In this document: positions 38,021 through 48,567 of the stretch, one piece after another
Layout of the letters: every line of letters begins with the position of its first letter
Numbering within the stretch: position 1 is the first letter of the stretch
Source: an uncultured bacterium
GTDB lineage: Bacteria; Patescibacteriota; Minisyncoccia; Phycocordibacterales; PALSA-1337
Length of the DNA: 64,000 nucleotides
Assembly: GCA_903839725.1 (NCBI GenBank)
Contig: CAIMDG010000002.1
Span: 305,117 to 369,116, forward strand
Direction of reading: 5' to 3'
The notes under the pieces: generated by a model
Seen by the model: the letters and a program-made list of their open reading frames with translations, nothing else
Told to the model about the DNA's origin: nothing
Database searches by the model: none
Translations under genes and position numbers: made by a program

Positions 38021-39400
38021 ATGTCAAAAGCACCAGAAACAATGGAATTACTCATCTCCCTCGCCAAGCGCAGGGGTTTTATATATCAAGGTTCAGAAAT
38101 ATACGGTGGTCTCGCAGGCACATGGGACTACGGTCCACTTGGTGTAACGCTCAAGAATAATGTGAGAAAGATATGGTGGAAGCGTTTCGTCGATGATCGT
38201 GATGATATGTACGGCATTGATGCAGCTATTCTCATGAACCAACGCACATGGGAAGCTACTGGTCACGTAGCTAGTTTTGCTGACCCTCTTGTTGAAGATG
38301 TTAAAACCAAGAAGCGTTTTCGTGCGGATCATCTTCTCGAAGATGCAGGCATTGATACAAAAGGTCTTACGGTAGCCAAGATGAATGACCTCATCAAAGA
38401 GAAAAAAATCAAGAGTCCAGACGGTAACACTGTTGGTGATATACGTCAGTTCAATATGATGTTCAAAACGCACGTCGGTGCAAATGAAGATGCAGGATCA
38501 ATTTCATATCTTCGTCCAGAAACAGCACAAGGTATGTTTGTGAACTTCAAAAACATCATGGATTCATTCCATCCAAAGCTTCCGTTCGGTATGGCACAGA
38601 TAGGTAAGGCTTTCCGAAATGAGATTGCTCCTCGCGATTTTCTATTCCGTGCGCGTGAATTCGAGCAGATGGAAATAGAATATATGGTTGATCCAAAGAA
38701 GTGGGCTGAAACCTTCGATCATTTCAGAGAACAGGTGATAGCTTTTACCAAGGATGTTGGTCTTACTCAGTCAAAGGTCCATGAATTGGAAATTGCTGAT
38801 GCAGATCGTGCTTTCTATTCAAAGCGTACAATTGATTTTGAATTTGATTTTCCTTTTGGTCGCAAAGAGTTGTATGGTCTCGCGTATCGTACGGATTATG
38901 ACTTGAAGCAACACTCTGAATTCAGTAAGGTTGATTTGTCATATTTTGATGAGGAAACAAAAGAGCGATTTGTTCCGCACTGCATTGAACCTTCATTCGG
39001 TCTAGATCGAACTGTTCTTGCAGTCCTCACTGACGCATATACTGAGGATGAACTTGGGGGAGAGAAGCGTGTATATCTCAAACTTGCACCGTCAGTAGCG
39101 CCATACAAGGTTGCAGTATTTCCACTGCTCAAGAACAAACCTCAACTCGTAGAGAAAGCTCGTGACATATTCAAGACTATCAAGAAAGTTATTCCTGAAG
39201 TTATTTTTGATGATAACGGCAATATTGGTAAGCGTTACCGCAGACAAGATGAAATTGGTACACCATTCTGTGTAACTGTTGATTTTGACACTATCGAGAA
39301 AAACTCTGGTGTTACTGTCAGAAATCGTGATACTGGAGCACAGGAGAGAGTTGAAGAGAAGGATTTGATTGAATTCTTAAAGAAATCTATTGGACAGTAG
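38021..39400 (+). CDS. glyQS: Glycine--tRNA ligase (alpha2 type)
   Basis: KRRGF....EIYGG, YLRPETAQG, FRNEI, REFEQME, IEPSFG, RYRRQDEIGTP. Confidence 0.97.
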   Translation: MSKAPETMELLISLAKRRGFIYQGSEIYGGLAGTWDYGPLGVTLKNNVRKIWWKRFVDDRDDMYGIDAAILMNQRTWEATGHVASFADPLVEDVKTKKRFRADHLLEDAGIDTKGLTVAKMNDLIKEKKIKSPDGNTVGDIRQFNMMFKTHVGANEDAGSISYLRPETAQGMFVNFKNIMDSFHPKLPFGMAQIGKAFRNEIAPRDFLFRAREFEQMEIEYMVDPKKWAETFDHFREQVIAFTKDVGLTQSKVHELEIADADRAFYSKRTIDFEFDFPFGRKELYGLAYRTDYDLKQHSEFSKVDLSYFDEETKERFVPHCIEPSFGLDRTVLAVLTDAYTEDELGGEKRVYLKLAPSVAPYKVAVFPLLKNKPQLVEKARDIFKTIKKVIPEVIFDDNGNIGKRYRRQDEIGTPFCVTVDFDTIEKNSGVTVRNRDTGAQERVEEKDLIEFLKKSIGQ

Positions 39401-39401
39401 T

Positions 39402-40034
39402 ATGAAAATAAAAAAACTCTCTCATTGTTGTATGGTTGTCGACGTCAATAAAAGAAAGATCCTCATTGACCCTGGATTTTATAGTATCGAACAGCATGAC
39501 AAGCTCGATAATATTGATATTGTGCTTATTACTCATGAGCATACTGATCATTTCCATATAGAATCACTCAAAGGTTTGATCAAGCGTATTCCAGACGTAA
39601 CCATCATTACCAATGATGCAGTAGGTGATATTCTTGCTCAACAGGGTATTACACACCACATCATGAAGCATGGTGATGTACTTGATACAAAAGATATTCA
39701 TATTGAAGCCTACGGTGAAAAGCATGCTTCGATGCATTCATCCATACCTCAATCATCGAATGTCGGATTCTTTTTAGAACACCGTTTCTTTTTCCCGGGA
39801 GACGCCTTCACTGATCCTTTGAAAGAAATAGATATTCTTGCGTTGCCAGTAGCTGGTCCGTGGATGAAACTTTCTGAAGCTATTGATTACGCTTTGAAGC
39901 TGAAGCCAAGAATGGCATTTCCTGTTCATGATGGAGTTCGTATTCCTACACAACATATTCTTCCTGAGAAGATTTTGGGGGCAAATGGTATTGAATTCGT
40001 GAAGTTGGAAGAGGGGGGAGTTGTAGAGGTTTAG
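39402..40034 (+). CDS. MBL-fold metallo-hydrolase
   Basis: IDPG, THEHTDH, PGD, PVHDG. Confidence 0.9.
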   Translation: MKIKKLSHCCMVVDVNKRKILIDPGFYSIEQHDKLDNIDIVLITHEHTDHFHIESLKGLIKRIPDVTIITNDAVGDILAQQGITHHIMKHGDVLDTKDIHIEAYGEKHASMHSSIPQSSNVGFFLEHRFFFPGDAFTDPLKEIDILALPVAGPWMKLSEAIDYALKLKPRMAFPVHDGVRIPTQHILPEKILGANGIEFVKLEEGGVVEV

Positions 40035-40048
40035 ACTTATATCAAACT

Positions 40049-40411
40049 ATGAAAATCGAGAATTCTAAATCACTCGAATTGGCGAAACAATCTCTTAGAA
40101 AAGAAGTTGAGATAGTATTTGATAGGCCGTTAGGAAGTAAGCATCCTAAGCACGGATTTATTTATGAGGTTAATTACGGGTATCTTGAAGGAGTGAAGTC
40201 TCCTGATGGGGAAGACTTGGATGCGTACTATCTTGGAATCGATAAGCCGCTTAAAAAAGCCAAAGGTATAGTTCGTGCAGTAATTCATAGATTAGACAAT
40301 GATGACGATAAACTCGTTGTTACCCCTGAGGCTGTTATGTTGTCTGATATTGAAATTGAAGAGGCTGTTAATTTTCAAGAACAATGGTTTACACATGAAA
40401 TTGTAAGATGA
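40049..40411 (+). CDS. Inorganic pyrophosphatase family protein (short)
   Basis: Y.VNYGY, DGEDLDAY, DDDKL. Confidence 0.85.
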   Translation: MKIENSKSLELAKQSLRKEVEIVFDRPLGSKHPKHGFIYEVNYGYLEGVKSPDGEDLDAYYLGIDKPLKKAKGIVRAVIHRLDNDDDKLVVTPEAVMLSDIEIEEAVNFQEQWFTHEIVR

Positions 40412-40463
40412 TGACAATTCTATTACGCATGACACAATACTCATTCTCTGTTACATTTATCCT

Positions 40464-41732
40464 ATGAATATCAAAAAAACCACTCTTCCCAATGGCTTGC
40501 GTCTTGTCACAGTTCCCATGGCCGACAATCCAGCAGTCACGGTTCTTGTCATGGTTGAAGCCGGTTCAAAATATGAGACAAAAGATACCAATGGACTTTC
40601 ACATTTCTTGGAACACATGGTTTTCAAAGGTACAACCAAGCGTCCAAAAGCTATAGAAATTTCTCGTGAACTTGATTCTATTGGTGCGCACTTCAATGCA
40701 TTTACTGGTCAAGAATATACTGGTTACTATGCCAAGGTTGCTTCAAATCGTTTCGACCAAGCACTCGATATTGTCTCAGATATGTATGTTGATCCTACGT
40801 TCAATCCTACTGAAGCTGAAAAGGAGAAGGGAGTTATTATTGAAGAATTGCGCATGTATCAAGACTTGCCTCAGCATCAGGTTCAGGATGTCTTGAATGA
40901 TCTCGTGCATGGAGATCAACCTGCAGGTTGGAAAATTATCGGTACAGAATCAAATGTGCGTTCATTTACTCGTGAACAACTTTTGAAATATAGATCAGAA
41001 CATTATGTTGCTTCGGCGACTATTGTTATTATTGCAGGATCATTCGATGAAACCACTATTGAGACACAAGTCAGTAACGCATTCTCGTCTATATCTACTG
41101 GTACTGCAAAAACAAAAGTTACCGTGAATGAGTCACAGTCAGTCCCGCAGTGTAAGACCTTGTTCAAAGAAACAGATCAGACGCATATTGCATTCGCGGT
41201 GCGAACATTTCCTATCCTCGACCCTCGAGCACCAGTTATGAGTGTACTCTCAACTCTTCTCGGAGGAAGTATGAGTTCACGTCTCTTTGCAAGAATGCGT
41301 GAGGAACTTGGTATTTGTTATTACATTCACGCATCACATAGTCCATCTACTGATCATGGTGAATTAACTATATCTGCCGGAGCTGATAATTCTCGAGTTG
41401 AAGAGGCTGTGAAGGGAATTATCAGCGAATGTATCCGTCTCAAAAATGAATTGGTGTCTGATGCAGAGCTCAAGAAAGTGAAAGATTATTTGGCGGGTAG
41501 TACACTACTCGGTCTTGAAACATCAGATGCACGTGCGGAATTCTGTGGATATCAAGAGATTTTGAAACATACCATCCAAAATCCTGTAGATTTGATTGCA
41601 AAAATTCAAGCAGTTACTGCTGACCAGATCCAGAAGTTAGCCAAAGAAGTATTTATTGATGCGGGTCTTAACATGGCAGCTGTAGGGAAGTATAAAGATA
41701 GTGAGATATTCAAGAATTTGCTCCATTTTTAG
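40464..41732 (+). CDS. M16 (pitrilysin) family zinc peptidase
   Basis: GLSHFLEHMVFKGT, NAFT, GSMSSRLF. Confidence 0.93.
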   Translation: MNIKKTTLPNGLRLVTVPMADNPAVTVLVMVEAGSKYETKDTNGLSHFLEHMVFKGTTKRPKAIEISRELDSIGAHFNAFTGQEYTGYYAKVASNRFDQALDIVSDMYVDPTFNPTEAEKEKGVIIEELRMYQDLPQHQVQDVLNDLVHGDQPAGWKIIGTESNVRSFTREQLLKYRSEHYVASATIVIIAGSFDETTIETQVSNAFSSISTGTAKTKVTVNESQSVPQCKTLFKETDQTHIAFAVRTFPILDPRAPVMSVLSTLLGGSMSSRLFARMREELGICYYIHASHSPSTDHGELTISAGADNSRVEEAVKGIISECIRLKNELVSDAELKKVKDYLAGSTLLGLETSDARAEFCGYQEILKHTIQNPVDLIAKIQAVTADQIQKLAKEVFIDAGLNMAAVGKYKDSEIFKNLLHF

Positions 41733-41781
41733 AATCACGTTATTTCTTAGACCTGTTCCATAATCGTGTTATAATGCCCTT

Positions 41782-42867
41782 ATGTCAGAATCTCCACGTA
41801 ATATATACATTAGTTTTAATACCGGCACCGTAATCAAGGTATTCGTTATCGCAATACTTATTGCTGTTCTGTATTACTTATTTGATATTGTCCTCGTATT
41901 GCTCGCTGCAATAGTTATTGCTTCAGCTATTGAGCCAATTGTTCGTCGTCTCAAGAGATATAAATTCCCACGTCTTCTTGCTGTGCTTATCGTATATATC
42001 GTAGTGGCTGCTATTCTCGCGGGAATATTCGTATTCTTCTTGCCAGTTGTTGCAAATGAAACCGTTAGTTTCATCCAGAATATACCACGTACGATATCGC
42101 TCGATGATTTGTGGAGTCCTATTCGTGATTTCGGATTCAATTTTGGCCCAACAACTTCATCAGCTGCGCTCTCGACTCATACGATTTCATTGTCTGAATT
42201 CGCAAATCAACTGCAGTCAGTGGTTACCGGAACAAGTGCTGGTGCAGTTCGTACGGCAAGTGTCTTCTTCGGAGGTTTCCTCTCATTCTTGCTCATTGTG
42301 GTTTTGTCGTTCTACCTCGCAGTGCAGGAAGAGGGAGTTGCTGACTTCTTGAGAATTATTACCCCAGTTACGAAACATGATTATATTATTGACCTCTGGA
42401 ATAGATCTCAGCGTAAAATTGGTTTCTGGCTTCAAGGTCAAGTTCTCCTTGGTGTTTTGATCGGTGTACTCGTATATCTCACCTTGTCAGTTATCGGTAT
42501 TCCGTATGCATTGCCGCTCGCATTATTTGCAGCAGTATTAGAAATTATTCCTGTGTTTGGTCCGATCATATCTTCTGTTCCTGCAATATTGGTTGCATTC
42601 AGTAGTGTCGGTGTCGGTACAGCACTCTTGCTTGTTGGTCTCTACATCATCATCTATCAGTTTGAAAGTCAGTTATTCTATCCATTGGTGGTCAAGAAGA
42701 TTGTCGGTATATCTCCGATCGTGGTTATTCTTGCGTTGGTTATTGGCGCGAAGCTTGCTGGTATTCTCGGTGCTATTATCGCCGTTCCACTTTCAGCAGC
42801 TCTCATGGAATATGTTCACGACATAGAAAAATCAAAGAAGGCTCAAAAGGACGAAATGACAGCGTAA
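41782..42867 (+). CDS. AI-2E family transporter
   Basis: IPVFGP, QFE.....P......GISP, GILG...AVP. Confidence 0.9.
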   Translation: MSESPRNIYISFNTGTVIKVFVIAILIAVLYYLFDIVLVLLAAIVIASAIEPIVRRLKRYKFPRLLAVLIVYIVVAAILAGIFVFFLPVVANETVSFIQNIPRTISLDDLWSPIRDFGFNFGPTTSSAALSTHTISLSEFANQLQSVVTGTSAGAVRTASVFFGGFLSFLLIVVLSFYLAVQEEGVADFLRIITPVTKHDYIIDLWNRSQRKIGFWLQGQVLLGVLIGVLVYLTLSVIGIPYALPLALFAAVLEIIPVFGPIISSVPAILVAFSSVGVGTALLLVGLYIIIYQFESQLFYPLVVKKIVGISPIVVILALVIGAKLAGILGAIIAVPLSAALMEYVHDIEKSKKAQKDEMTA

Positions 42868-42881
42868 TTACACATAGCCTC

Positions 42882-44318
42882 ATGAAACCTTTCTATATCA
42901 CGACGACTCTTCCGTATGTTAACGCTAAACCTCATATCGGTTTTGCTATGGAACTTATTCGTGCCGATGTGATCGCTCGTGCCAAGAAAATTAGTGGTCA
43001 GGAGGTATTTTTTAATACGGGTACTGACGAGCACGGCACCAAAATACATCGCAAAGCAAAAGAATTGAATATTGATACTCAGACATACGTTGATGGTGCC
43101 GCTCAGAAATTCAAGGATTTGATTTCGATGTTAGGTATTAGTCCAGATATCAATTTTATTCGCACAACTGACGTACATCATATTGTAGCTGCTCAGGCAT
43201 TTTGGCTCTTGGTAAAAAAGAATGGATTCATTTACAAGAAGAATTACTCTGTAAAGTATTGTGTTGGATGTGAGCTTGAAAAGACCGAATCAGAATTGGT
43301 TGAAGGACGTTGTCCATTGCACCCATTGACTGAACTTGAAATTATTCAAGAAGAAAATTATTTCTTTAAATTCAGTGAATTTCAAAAGCCACTTCTCGAA
43401 TTGTACAAGAATAATCCTGATTTTGTTTTTCCTCATTCTCGCTTGAATGAGATCCGTGCCTTCGTTGAGAGGGGACTTGAAGACTTTAGTATTTCTCGTT
43501 TGGCTACCAAGATGCCGTGGGGTGTTGCTGTTCCTGATGATGCAGATCATGTGATGTATGTGTGGTTCGATGCTCTGGTTGATTATATTTCAGCAATTGA
43601 TTGGCCTACTAAGCAGGATGTATTCAAGAAATGGTGGGTTGAAAGTGGAGGTGTGGTTCAATACTGTGGAAAGGATAATCTCCGTCAACAGGCTGCAATG
43701 TGGCAGGCAATGCTCATGGCTGCAGGTCTCACACCGTCAAAGGCTATTGTTGTTGACGGGTTCATTACAGGTGATGGTGGTATCAAAATGTCAAAGTCTC
43801 TTGGTAATACTATTGATCCAAAAGATTTGGTCAGTGAATACAGCGCTGATGCGGTTCGCTATTTCATGACCCGTGAATTGTCTCCATTTGAAGATAGTCC
43901 ATTCACGCCTGAGAAGTTCAAGGAAGCCTACAATGCAAATCTAGCCAATGGTATTGGTAATCTGACGTCACGTATCATGAAGATGGCTTCAACTCATATT
44001 TCTACACCAGTAAAAATATCAGCAAAACCATTTCCTGCAGAATATCATGCGTCTATAGAAGCTTATGATCTTCAGAAGGCGTCTGATGTTATTTGGAAAC
44101 ATATCACCGAACTCGATCAGCGTATTCAACAAGAGAAGCCATTTTCATTGGTCAAAGAGGATCTCGAAAAAGGAAAAGTGATCATCACCGAACTCGTTCA
44201 GGGTCTTTCGTGGGTTGCTGATATGCTCCGACCATTCATGCCGACAACATCTGAAGCTGTTCTTGCCTGTATCGCCAAGAATGAAATGCCAGCCACTCCG
44301 CTTTTCCTCAGAAAATAA
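42882..44318 (+). CDS. metG: Methionine--tRNA ligase
   Basis: PYVN..PHIG, GTDEHG, YVWFDAL, KMSKSLGN. Confidence 0.97.
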   Translation: MKPFYITTTLPYVNAKPHIGFAMELIRADVIARAKKISGQEVFFNTGTDEHGTKIHRKAKELNIDTQTYVDGAAQKFKDLISMLGISPDINFIRTTDVHHIVAAQAFWLLVKKNGFIYKKNYSVKYCVGCELEKTESELVEGRCPLHPLTELEIIQEENYFFKFSEFQKPLLELYKNNPDFVFPHSRLNEIRAFVERGLEDFSISRLATKMPWGVAVPDDADHVMYVWFDALVDYISAIDWPTKQDVFKKWWVESGGVVQYCGKDNLRQQAAMWQAMLMAAGLTPSKAIVVDGFITGDGGIKMSKSLGNTIDPKDLVSEYSADAVRYFMTRELSPFEDSPFTPEKFKEAYNANLANGIGNLTSRIMKMASTHISTPVKISAKPFPAEYHASIEAYDLQKASDVIWKHITELDQRIQQEKPFSLVKEDLEKGKVIITELVQGLSWVADMLRPFMPTTSEAVLACIAKNEMPATPLFLRK

Positions 44319-45155
44319 ATGAAGTACATAGATATACATGGTCATATCCAATTTGCCGCATATGACGCAGATCGGGATGCGGTCATTCAGCGTGCTCGAG
44401 ATGCGAGTGTTGGTATTATAAGTGTTGGTACTGATTTGGAATTATCTCGTAAAGCTATTCAACTCGCTGAACAGAATCAAGATATGTGGGCAATTGTAGG
44501 ACTTCATCCAGTCTATTGTGGTGAGTCTCACAATGATCCTCAAGAAACAGGGGACGAAGGTGATCATTCACGTCCTAAGCAAGAATTTAACTACGAAGCA
44601 TTTAAAAAACTTGCTGAGCATCCCAAGGTTGTTGCCATCGGTGAATGTGGTCTCGACTTTTTTCATTCACAGCCAGAAGATATTGCATTTCAACGTGAGG
44701 TATTTATTCAGCACATTAAACTCGCTAATGAAGTAGGGAAGCCCCTCATGCTTCATGTGAGAAATAGTAAAACCCTTACTGATCTCGGAAGTGCGTATCT
44801 CGAATCACTTAAGATTTTGAAAGAGCATGCCACGGTTAAAGCTAATTTCCACTTTTTTGCAGGCACACTTGAGGAAATGAAAGCTATTATTGATGCTGGG
44901 CATTATGTATCTTTCACTGGCGTTCTTTCTTTTGCAAAGAATTATGATGAATTGATCAAGACAGTTCCGATGAATCGAATTATGACTGAAACTGATTGTC
45001 CGTATGTTGCACCAGCTCCATATCGTGGAAAAAGGAATGAACCGAGTTATGTTACTGAAGTTGTGAAGGCTATTGCAAGAATTCGTGGGGAAGATGAGGA
45101 GGTTGTGGCGAAACAAGTGATGGAGAATGCGAGGGAGTTTTTTAAACTTGATTAG
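44319..45155 (+). CDS. tatD: TatD family DNase
   Basis: DIHGH, GLHP, IGECGLD, ETDCPY. Confidence 0.93.
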   Translation: MKYIDIHGHIQFAAYDADRDAVIQRARDASVGIISVGTDLELSRKAIQLAEQNQDMWAIVGLHPVYCGESHNDPQETGDEGDHSRPKQEFNYEAFKKLAEHPKVVAIGECGLDFFHSQPEDIAFQREVFIQHIKLANEVGKPLMLHVRNSKTLTDLGSAYLESLKILKEHATVKANFHFFAGTLEEMKAIIDAGHYVSFTGVLSFAKNYDELIKTVPMNRIMTETDCPYVAPAPYRGKRNEPSYVTEVVKAIARIRGEDEEVVAKQVMENAREFFKLD

Positions 45156-45339
45156 TAAATAGTATATGATCAGTGTGACTGTAAAAGCCCTAAGATAAGG
45201 GTTTTTATGTATATTGACATAAAGTACTATATTATGTTATAATACTCCTAAATCAGTTGAGGATGTCATTCTCCTCAAAATATAAACAATCGCCCATAAA
45301 CACTTGGGCACGAATGACGGATCGACAAGAGGATTGATT

Positions 45340-45690
45340 ATGAAGAATCTTTTAAAATGGATTATCGGAAACATCAGAATGGCTATTATTGTGATGTTGT
45401 TACTGGCTTGGCTGGTTGCCTTTCTTAAGATTGTGGTTGTGCCACTTTCGGGTCTGACGACGATGCTGTTTGTGTTGTTCTTTACCATCATGTCGTTTCA
45501 GGCAAGGTCGAGCGCAATATTTGCAACCGGCGGGTTGTTAATGTATCTCGCATCGTGGTTTGCTCTCGATGCGTATGGCCCATTTGTTGCATCATTTGTG
45601 TGCTCGATTGGCATATTCACGTGGTTTACCGGCTTCTACAAGACGGTTGTCGCAATACATAAAGCGGCAACGAGCCCTTCGGACATGTAA
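45340..45690 (+). CDS. Hypothetical membrane protein (orphan)
   Basis: GAGGA SD; TTGACA-18-TATAAT at 45214-45243; hairpin at 45695-45737. Confidence 0.65.
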   Translation: MKNLLKWIIGNIRMAIIVMLLLAWLVAFLKIVVVPLSGLTTMLFVLFFTIMSFQARSSAIFATGGLLMYLASWFALDAYGPFVASFVCSIGIFTWFTGFYKTVVAIHKAATSPSDM

Positions 45691-45800
45691 TCGCGGCCTC
45701 CGCAGAAATGACTTCCAAAGTCTCATCTGTGGGGGCCATTTCTTTTTATTGACATAATATTACGCATATTGTAGCCTTTTGTTTAAAGGAATAGTAACAA

Positions 45801-46187
45801 ATGAAAATACAAGATCCATTAGAAGCAATCCGTTTGGAATTGGAGGATGTCGCTTTCAAAAAGGCAAAAGCCGCAGGGCTCGCCACTGTCCGTGGTCAGG
45901 TTTGTTTGAATATCAAAATCAAACAGCAAGTATGTTCAACTCAAATTACTCCTGCGGAGTGGGAACGTCTTATTGGTCTGGATATTGGGCCCAAGGGGCG
46001 CAAGATGATCAAAGCCCTTCGGGATTCAAACAACCAACCTGTTAAGCTGTTCAGTTACTTCAAGGAATGGGAAGAAGTGGATACATTTTTGAATCATGTA
46101 AGATCATATAGCGCACCTCTCTACATCTCAACAAGTGACTCTTCGGTTGCGTGTGTCAAAAAAAGAATGGTCAGGACACGAGGTTGA
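45801..46187 (+). CDS. Hypothetical protein (orphan)
   Basis: TTGACA-17-TAGCCT from 45749, AAGGA SD, hairpin plus T tract at ~46208-46238. Confidence 0.65.
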   Translation: MKIQDPLEAIRLELEDVAFKKAKAAGLATVRGQVCLNIKIKQQVCSTQITPAEWERLIGLDIGPKGRKMIKALRDSNNQPVKLFSYFKEWEEVDTFLNHVRSYSAPLYISTSDSSVACVKKRMVRTRG

Positions 46188-46309
46188 ACGGCACAAGCCT
46201 CGGTCAGACTGTAGATCTTATTCTACGGTCTTTTTTTATATAAAATCTTCACTCCATTTTTATTATTTTTTCATCAAATCTTCATTTCTACCTGATATAG
46301 TAGCCTCAC

Positions 46310-46453
46310 CTCTAACTCTTGCGGGAAGGGGACATTCATGGTAATCTCGTTCTACATTATAAGTAATCGCAGTAAGTCCCAAAAAGCCTTAAAAATAAGC
46401 CTATTGGGTCTCATTGGTTCATTCCACATGAGTCGCTGACTGCAAAACAAACT
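46310..46453 (+). promoter_or_regulatory. Structured 5' leader of rpsF operon (possible S6:S18 autoregulatory RNA)
   Basis: TGATATAGT -10 near 46293; GCAGT...ACTGC enclosing helices; function inferred from position only. Confidence 0.3.
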
Positions 46454-46957
46454 ATGAACGATATCATTAGTGATGACCGACAAGCGGTCTACGAGATAGG
46501 GTATCTCCTTGTTTCATCTGTGCCAGAAGAAAAAGTTTCTGCAGAGGTAGAAGCAGTGAGAGCTATTATTACCGGAGTAGGCTCTTCAGTTATTGCCGAA
46601 GAAGCACCTCACAAACAACAGCTCGCATATACTATGCGCAGAAAGACAGTTGCTGGATCATATGAGAAATATGACACAGCATACTTCGGTTGGATCAAAT
46701 TCGAAGTCGGGTCGGACAAGATCGAGGCTGTGAAGAAGGCAGTCGAGCTCCATCCTACAGTATTGCGTGCATTGCTCCTTTCGACAGTGCGTGAAAATAC
46801 ATATCTCGGCAAGCGTGCTCAGGCTATTGCAGCTGAATTCAACGCAAAGGAAATTATTCCAGATGCAGTTGTAGCAGATGCCAAGGAAGTTGTCGCCGCT
46901 CCCGCAACCATCGAAGAGATGGACAAGAGTATTGACGCAATGGTCAAAGAGGCATAG
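46454..46957 (+). CDS. rpsF: 30S ribosomal protein S6
   Basis: YEIGYL, LAY, AYF, VLR.L; position before ssb-rpsR. Confidence 0.9.
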   Translation: MNDIISDDRQAVYEIGYLLVSSVPEEKVSAEVEAVRAIITGVGSSVIAEEAPHKQQLAYTMRRKTVAGSYEKYDTAYFGWIKFEVGSDKIEAVKKAVELHPTVLRALLLSTVRENTYLGKRAQAIAAEFNAKEIIPDAVVADAKEVVAAPATIEEMDKSIDAMVKEA

Positions 46958-46960
46958 GAT

Positions 46961-47061
46961 TAAATTACAAATTAAAAATAACAAATCCAAAAATCAAGCA
47001 TCATAATATCAAAGATATGCAATTGTTTATTTTTGAGATTTGATATTTGAGTTTTGAATTT
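46961..47061. repeat. Inverted heptamer-repeat tract between rpsF and ssb
   Basis: AAATNNC-like units on the left, reverse-complement units on the right. Confidence 0.7.
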
Positions 47062-47070
47062 TATTACACT

Positions 47071-47523
47071 ATGTATCTCAACAAAGTCATTCTCATCGGT
47101 AACCTTACTCGCGATCCAGAACTCAAAGCTATTCCTTCGGGAACAAAAGTTTGTACCTTTAGTCTTGCTACCAACCGTGTCTACAAAGACAAAGATGGCA
47201 AGAAGCAGGAAATAGTCGAATATCACAATGTTGTTGTATTCGCACGTGTTGCAGAGCTCGTAGCTCAGTATCTTAAAAAAGGTTCACAGGCATATGTTGA
47301 AGGACGCCTTCAGACTCGTTCGTGGGAACAGAATGGAGAAAAGAAATATCGTACTGAGATTGTCGCTGAGACTGTTCAGTTCGGTAGTCGTCCAACAGGT
47401 GGAACATCTTCTTCACCAGCGAAAGCAGGGGACAAGCCTACTACAGGATCATCAGCACCAGCAGCTTCAGAATCTATTGAATATCCAACAGAAGAGATCA
47501 ATCCAGACGATATACCATTTTAA
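47071..47523 (+). CDS. ssb: Single-stranded DNA-binding protein
   Basis: LNKVILIGNLTRDPE, VEGRLQTRSW, C-terminal DDIPF. Confidence 0.98.
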   Translation: MYLNKVILIGNLTRDPELKAIPSGTKVCTFSLATNRVYKDKDGKKQEIVEYHNVVVFARVAELVAQYLKKGSQAYVEGRLQTRSWEQNGEKKYRTEIVAETVQFGSRPTGGTSSSPAKAGDKPTTGSSAPAASESIEYPTEEINPDDIPF

Positions 47524-47541
47524 TTAATAATATTTACTATT

Positions 47542-47745
47542 ATGAAAAAACAGTGTTATTTTAGTCAGCAAAATATAAAGCACATCGATTATAAGGATAC
47601 AGAAATCCTCAAGAAATTTGTGAATCCTCACGGTCGTATGATTGCTCGCAAGCGTACAGGCATTTCTGCCAAGTACCAACGTCAGCTCGCTACTGCTATC
47701 AAGCGCGCACGATTCATGGGACTTCTTCCATTCGTTGCAAGATAG
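47542..47745 (+). CDS. rpsR: 30S ribosomal protein S18
   Basis: IDYKD, R..TG..AK.QR.LA.AIKRAR..GLLP. Confidence 0.97.
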   Translation: MKKQCYFSQQNIKHIDYKDTEILKKFVNPHGRMIARKRTGISAKYQRQLATAIKRARFMGLLPFVAR

Positions 47746-47753
47746 TTTTGAAC

Positions 47754-47903
47754 GTGTCATTCCCGCGCAGGCGGGAATCCAGAATCACCAACAGTAGATT
47801 CAACATTAGAAAAAACATAACCACCTAACTTAGGTGGTTATGTTTTTTCTATCTAGTTTTTACTTAATGAGACTCTGGATTCCGGCCTTCGCCGGAATGA
47901 CAC
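47754..47903. repeat. Inverted pair of dRS3/REP-like palindromes enclosing a bidirectional terminator
   Basis: ATTCCC-N8-GGGAAT at 47759-47778, ATTCCG-N8-CGGAAT at 47879-47898; 22-bp hairpin at 47807-47851. Confidence 0.8.
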
Positions 47904-47908
47904 ACTGT

Positions 47909-48481
47909 TTACTTACCTACACGTTCGCGGTACTCACCAGTCTCAGTATTGATACGGATAACCTCACCTTCATTGATGAAGAGGGGAACACTGATGGTTG
48001 CACCAGTCTCCAAAACAACAGTCTTTTGACCACCTGTAGCGGTATCACCCTTCACATTTGGTGGAGCTTCTACAACCTTCAATTCTGCGGTAATAGGTAC
48101 TTTGAAGCCCATAGGCTGCTCTCGGAAGAGGAGCTGCTCTACGATCGTATTTGCCTTGAGAAAGCGTCCCTGAGGGCCTACCTGAGCTTCAGTAACCTTG
48201 AAACGCTTCGAAGGGTCTTCTGCCTCTGTAAACCACCATTCACCACGACTGGTATAGAGATATTTTACTTCACGAGATTCGATTTCAGCCTCTTCAACCT
48301 TTTCAGATACGTGGAATGAATATTCAGTCACTTTTCCTGTCATAAGGTTCTTCAATTTTGTAGCATTGACTGGTTTTCGCTGTTGCTTACGAAAGACGTG
48401 TGCAGATATGACTTCGTATGGTTGGCCATCGAGGACGATAAATTTCTTTTCGGTTACTTCACTGTATTCGAGGAGAGACAT
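47909..48481 (-). CDS. efp: Elongation factor P
   Basis: KLKNL.TG, YLY, P.VKGDTA.G..K...LETG....VPLFI..GE.I..NT.TGEY.ER. Confidence 0.95.
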   Translation of the reverse strand: MSLLEYSEVTEKKFIVLDGQPYEVISAHVFRKQQRKPVNATKLKNLMTGKVTEYSFHVSEKVEEAEIESREVKYLYTSRGEWWFTEAEDPSKRFKVTEAQVGPQGRFLKANTIVEQLLFREQPMGFKVPITAELKVVEAPPNVKGDTATGGQKTVVLETGATISVPLFINEGEVIRINTETGEYRERVGK

Positions 48482-48567
48482 AAGTAATATGGTTATTTTG
48501 TAAGTAGGGCTAGTCTAGCCGTTTTTGAGGTAAAAAGCAAAACCCCGCCGATGAGCAGGGTTTGTTG

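Noticed and set aside
47047-47070. Extended ssb start
   Set aside because: TTG lies within the heptamer repeat; the conserved start is ATG47071.
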